Below are positions 60,701 to 64,000 of a stretch of DNA of 64,000 nt, one piece after another. Position 1 is the first letter of the stretch; each line of letters starts with the position of its first letter. Both the position numbers and the translations under genes were made by a program. The DNA comes from Chlorokybus atmophyticus (lineage: Eukaryota; Plantae; Mesostigma and Chlorokybus algae), in the NCBI GenBank assembly GCA_009103225.1, contig RHPI01002918.1:3165-67164 (forward strand). Direction: 5' to 3'. The notes beneath the pieces were generated by a model. It saw only the letters and a program-made list of their open reading frames with translations. It did no database searches and was not told where the DNA came from.

Positions 60701-62808
60701 NNNNNNNNNNNNNNNNNNNNNNNNNNNNNNNNNNNNNNNNNNNNNNNNNNNNNNNNNNNNNNNNNNNNNNNNNNNNNNNNNNNNNNNNNNNNNNNNNNNN
60801 NNNNNNNNNNNNNNNNNNNNNNNNNNNNNNNNNNNNNNNNNNNNNNNNNNNNNNNNNNNNNNNNNNNNNNNNNNNNNNNNNNNNNNNNNNNNNNNNNNNN
60901 NNNNNNNNNNNNNNNNNNNNNNNNNNNNNNNNNNNNNNNNNNNNNNNNNNNNNNNNNNNNNNNNNNNNNNNNNNNNNNNNNNNNNNNNNNNNNNNNNNNN
61001 NNNNNNNNNNNNNNNNNNNNNNNNNNNNNNNNNNNNNNNNNNNNNNNNNNNNNNNNNNNNNNNNNNNNNNNNNNNNNNNGGGGGGCGGGGGTGCAAGGTA
61101 CTCACCATGCTTCAACCCGCTTGACCATGTGCCTTCATAAACAGACCCGTCTGCCCATGTGAAGCGACCTGTGCAATGGGTTGCAACTGAGGACTGAGGC
61201 TTGGGATAACAAGTTAACCCAGCAGCACAAGTCGTCTGCACGCAGTCATCCAAAGCAGCTGCGTATGACCTTACCTTGGCCATCCTCTTTGTTGTTTTTC
61301 CATTCGCCATCATATCTGTCTCCATTCGCCCAAACAAAAGTGCCTCTGCCTGTCATGCAGATGGAGGTGTGATTTGTGACACAGCTGACTGTCTGAGAAG
61401 ATGAGCACCCAACATTGCATGCTGCTTGCTTTCCCAATGCCACAACCTCCGCCTCATGCTGCGCACTTACCAGACATGCAGCCTGCAACCCACTCCCCAC
61501 TGTACTCGTTTCCGTTGGCCCATCGGAACCGGCCAGGGCCTGTGAACTATATGGTTGGCATTGGCACCAATTTGCCAGCTGCTTCAAGCTAACAGCCCGT
61601 AATGGCACTCACCTTCGTGCATGTCATCTCGCCACAATCCTTCATATACATCTCCAGACGAGTATCGCTTGATACCAAGCCCTGGAAGTACGTAGTGGCT
61701 TCAACAGTTTGTGCCAATACCGCAAGCGAGTCAGAAATATGAATGTCTTACCATGCTTTTGGTCTTTGAGCCAGCTACCAATGTAACTCGCCCCATCCAC
61801 TGCTATGTAGGTACCCATTCCCTTCATACGGCAAGATTGTTGATTCCATTGCAAGCAGGTGCGCAAACAACTTGGCAATTGCATGCGAGGGGAATGCGCC
61901 CTTACCTGCATATAACCATCCACCCAGTCGCCCTCGTACTTTGCGCCCGATGCCCACGCATAGCTGGCCAACCCAATGCAAAACAAATCAGTTAATAGTG
62001 CAAATCACACCAAAGCCGCAAGCCAACCCACTACATACAATGCAAACAGTTTGAACATTTTTGCGCGAGACAGACAGCAGCTTGAAACCACACAGTTACC
62101 TGCCCCTGCCGTACTGCTGGCCTTCAATCCAGTCACCATCATACCAGCTGCGATCAGCCCAGTCATATTTGCCCTTCCCGTGCGGCTGTTGCAGTACATG
62201 CATGTCAGTCAAATGCCAATGGAGATATCAACATCAAACTGCAAAGAAGATGGCATGAGTTTGCAAACCTTGCCCTCCTTCCACTCGCCAACGTACACAT
62301 CACCATTGTCAAACTTCTTTGTCTGCAAGCAACAGAAGCCTTGCTCACTGCTTATGACCAGACATGACACGTGTGGAATGGCAAAGGTACTTCGCGCCCC
62401 TCGACTTCATTCTTGCACAACAGTGCTGACATGACATGGTGCTGATGTAGCGCAATTGTGCAGGCGAGCAGTGCAGTCAACTGCGGCTGGTACGAGAAAT
62501 GCATCGTGACCAGACCACTTGGCGAAATAGCTGCAATGCACAACCATGCAGCACAGAGAGTGCCTTCGAATTGCCAACCCGCAACAAACTACAAACACCC
62601 TCCCTTTACCTATGCAAGAAGCACATTACAATGCAGCATGATGAGCTGTGGGTGCTTGTCTGTCAGTGTGGACGCAGCGTACCTGTACATTCTTCTTTTC
62701 CACCCCGACCTTTTTGGCATTGCGGTAAGCGTTGAGAGTCTCTACGAACTCCAGGTTTGAAATGTTGAGCTCATGGTTGGATGTCAAGCTTGTTTGGATC
62801 GACACCAT
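57705..62808 (-). CDS. PIP5K: Phosphatidylinositol-4-phosphate 5-kinase, plant type B (MORN repeats plus kinase domain), multi-exon
   Basis: MORN repeats NGDVYVGEWKEGK, HGKGKYDWADRSWYDGDW, WANGDRYDGEW, WADGSVYEGTW; kinase SPGKSGSVFFLSADDRFIIKT, FDLKGS..LKDLD, MDYSLLLGIH, FGIIDILQEYN. Confidence 0.95.
60395..61079. other. Assembly gap (N run) in a PIP5K intron
   Basis: Continuous N run flanked by (TG)n and a G-run. Confidence 1.
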
Positions 62809-64000
62809 GTGAACAACGCAGCGCCACAGCTACGAGCAGCAGCAGCTGTCCCGCCTTGTGCTATGCGCAACTAGCGTGCAATGCAGCACCTAACTAGCCA
62901 GAGAGCGACTGGCAGTGGCCTGCCCGAGGGCGTCAATCACACGTCCAGCAGCAGGAAAGCCGACGGACTCAACGTTAAGACCAAGCTAGCCCCAAGCTAG
63001 GGTGGGGGTCAAGAACCCTCCCCCTCCGCACCTTCTACATCCCAAACAATCTACGGGGCAATAAAATCGCGCTCAGGACAAGAACGCAGCTTCCACAGCA
63101 ATTTGCCAAAATCACGCAGCCGCTCCAGCTCGTTTTGCCGCCTCTCCACAGCCGCAACCCAATCCCTCCTCCTTTTTCCTTCTTCAGCTGCAAGCCACAA
63201 GCAGCTAGCTAGCGGCCAACGATTGAAGTGCTACGCTGCCTCTGTGCAAGGCGCAACAACGCCACGTTCGGCAGCAGATGCCGCCTATCGGCACCCGCCC
63301 TGGAACGCTCCGCCCCTTGACGTGACAGCTGACAACACGGTGGCGGCGTCGTTCAGCGCAGGGGAGGAGGCGGCGGTGGCCACTACAGCGGTGGGCCAGC
63401 ATGCCAAGCCAATGAATTGTGTCCTGTCCGTAGTGTAGATGTCAGGGTCATCATTTCAAATGCCAGCAACTTCTGTTGTGTTCTATTTGCGCCTGCCCGG
63501 CCACCTGCCAAGTCCGATGATGACAGCTGGCGCTCGTCCCCAATAGATGTATGACTATAGGAGTTTAAAGCTCGGTTTTGCTTGCAGGTACATCATTCAT
63601 AAGTGATGTTAATCAAGTTGCATTGTACGAAGACCGACGCAATAAGTGTCATGCACTTCAACAATATAATGTTGGCCCAACATTGTTAAACAATGTTGCA
63701 CGGCTGCTAAATAACAGCCACGCCTTGGATGGTCGCGCAGCTTAATTTAAATAGCCTCGTGAGGAATTTTTTTGCTTAATGTATTAATGAGTATTGGTCG
63801 AAGTTGGTGGTCGTGTAAGAATGTAATGCACATCACATTTGACGAATGTTGAAATTTTAATTGATCACATGCTTACGATATTGTTGCATAATTTGGTGCG
63901 ATTGGTTGCGGTTAAACTTCATCGGCATCAACTGATTTAGTCGTAAAGGTTTATTAGCACATGTTAAATGCAAATCATGGTTCCAAAACAAATGCTCAAT

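Noticed and set aside
63103-63438. GC-rich ORFs on both strands upstream of PIP5K
   Set aside because: No motif support; consistent with 5' UTR or promoter.

Overview
Intron-rich eukaryotic nuclear DNA with GT-AG introns, telo-boxes and assembly gaps at 49364-50340 and 60395-61079. The gene set points to a non-embryophyte streptophyte green alga (inference): plant-type BAR-PH-ArfGAP-ANK, MORN-PIP5K, CLASP and UBP24, but a heme-b5-containing sulfite oxidase. I rebuilt 12 spliced genes by hand. Seven are conserved: plastid thioredoxin, AGD/VAN3-type ArfGAP, UBP24/USP10, CLASP, CWC22, sulfite oxidase and PIP5K. One is a small orphan gene. Four look prokaryote-related: (i) a 3D-domain (MltA-like) protein; (ii) a protein with an acidic repeat tail and five integrase-repeat-like units; (iii) a beta-helix glycosidase-like protein with a D...DD triad; (iv) a large SF2-type ATPase/helicase whose motifs resemble Z1-associated restriction-system helicases, with a probable C-terminal winged helix. 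Gene (iv) is the best candidate for an undescribed system. Also present: an intact chromovirus integrase-chromodomain ORF, a 544-bp hAT-type MITE with a perfect 8-bp TSD, and an exact 488-bp copy of CWC22 that may be an assembly artefact. All homology calls come from motif recognition by eye; no searches were run.
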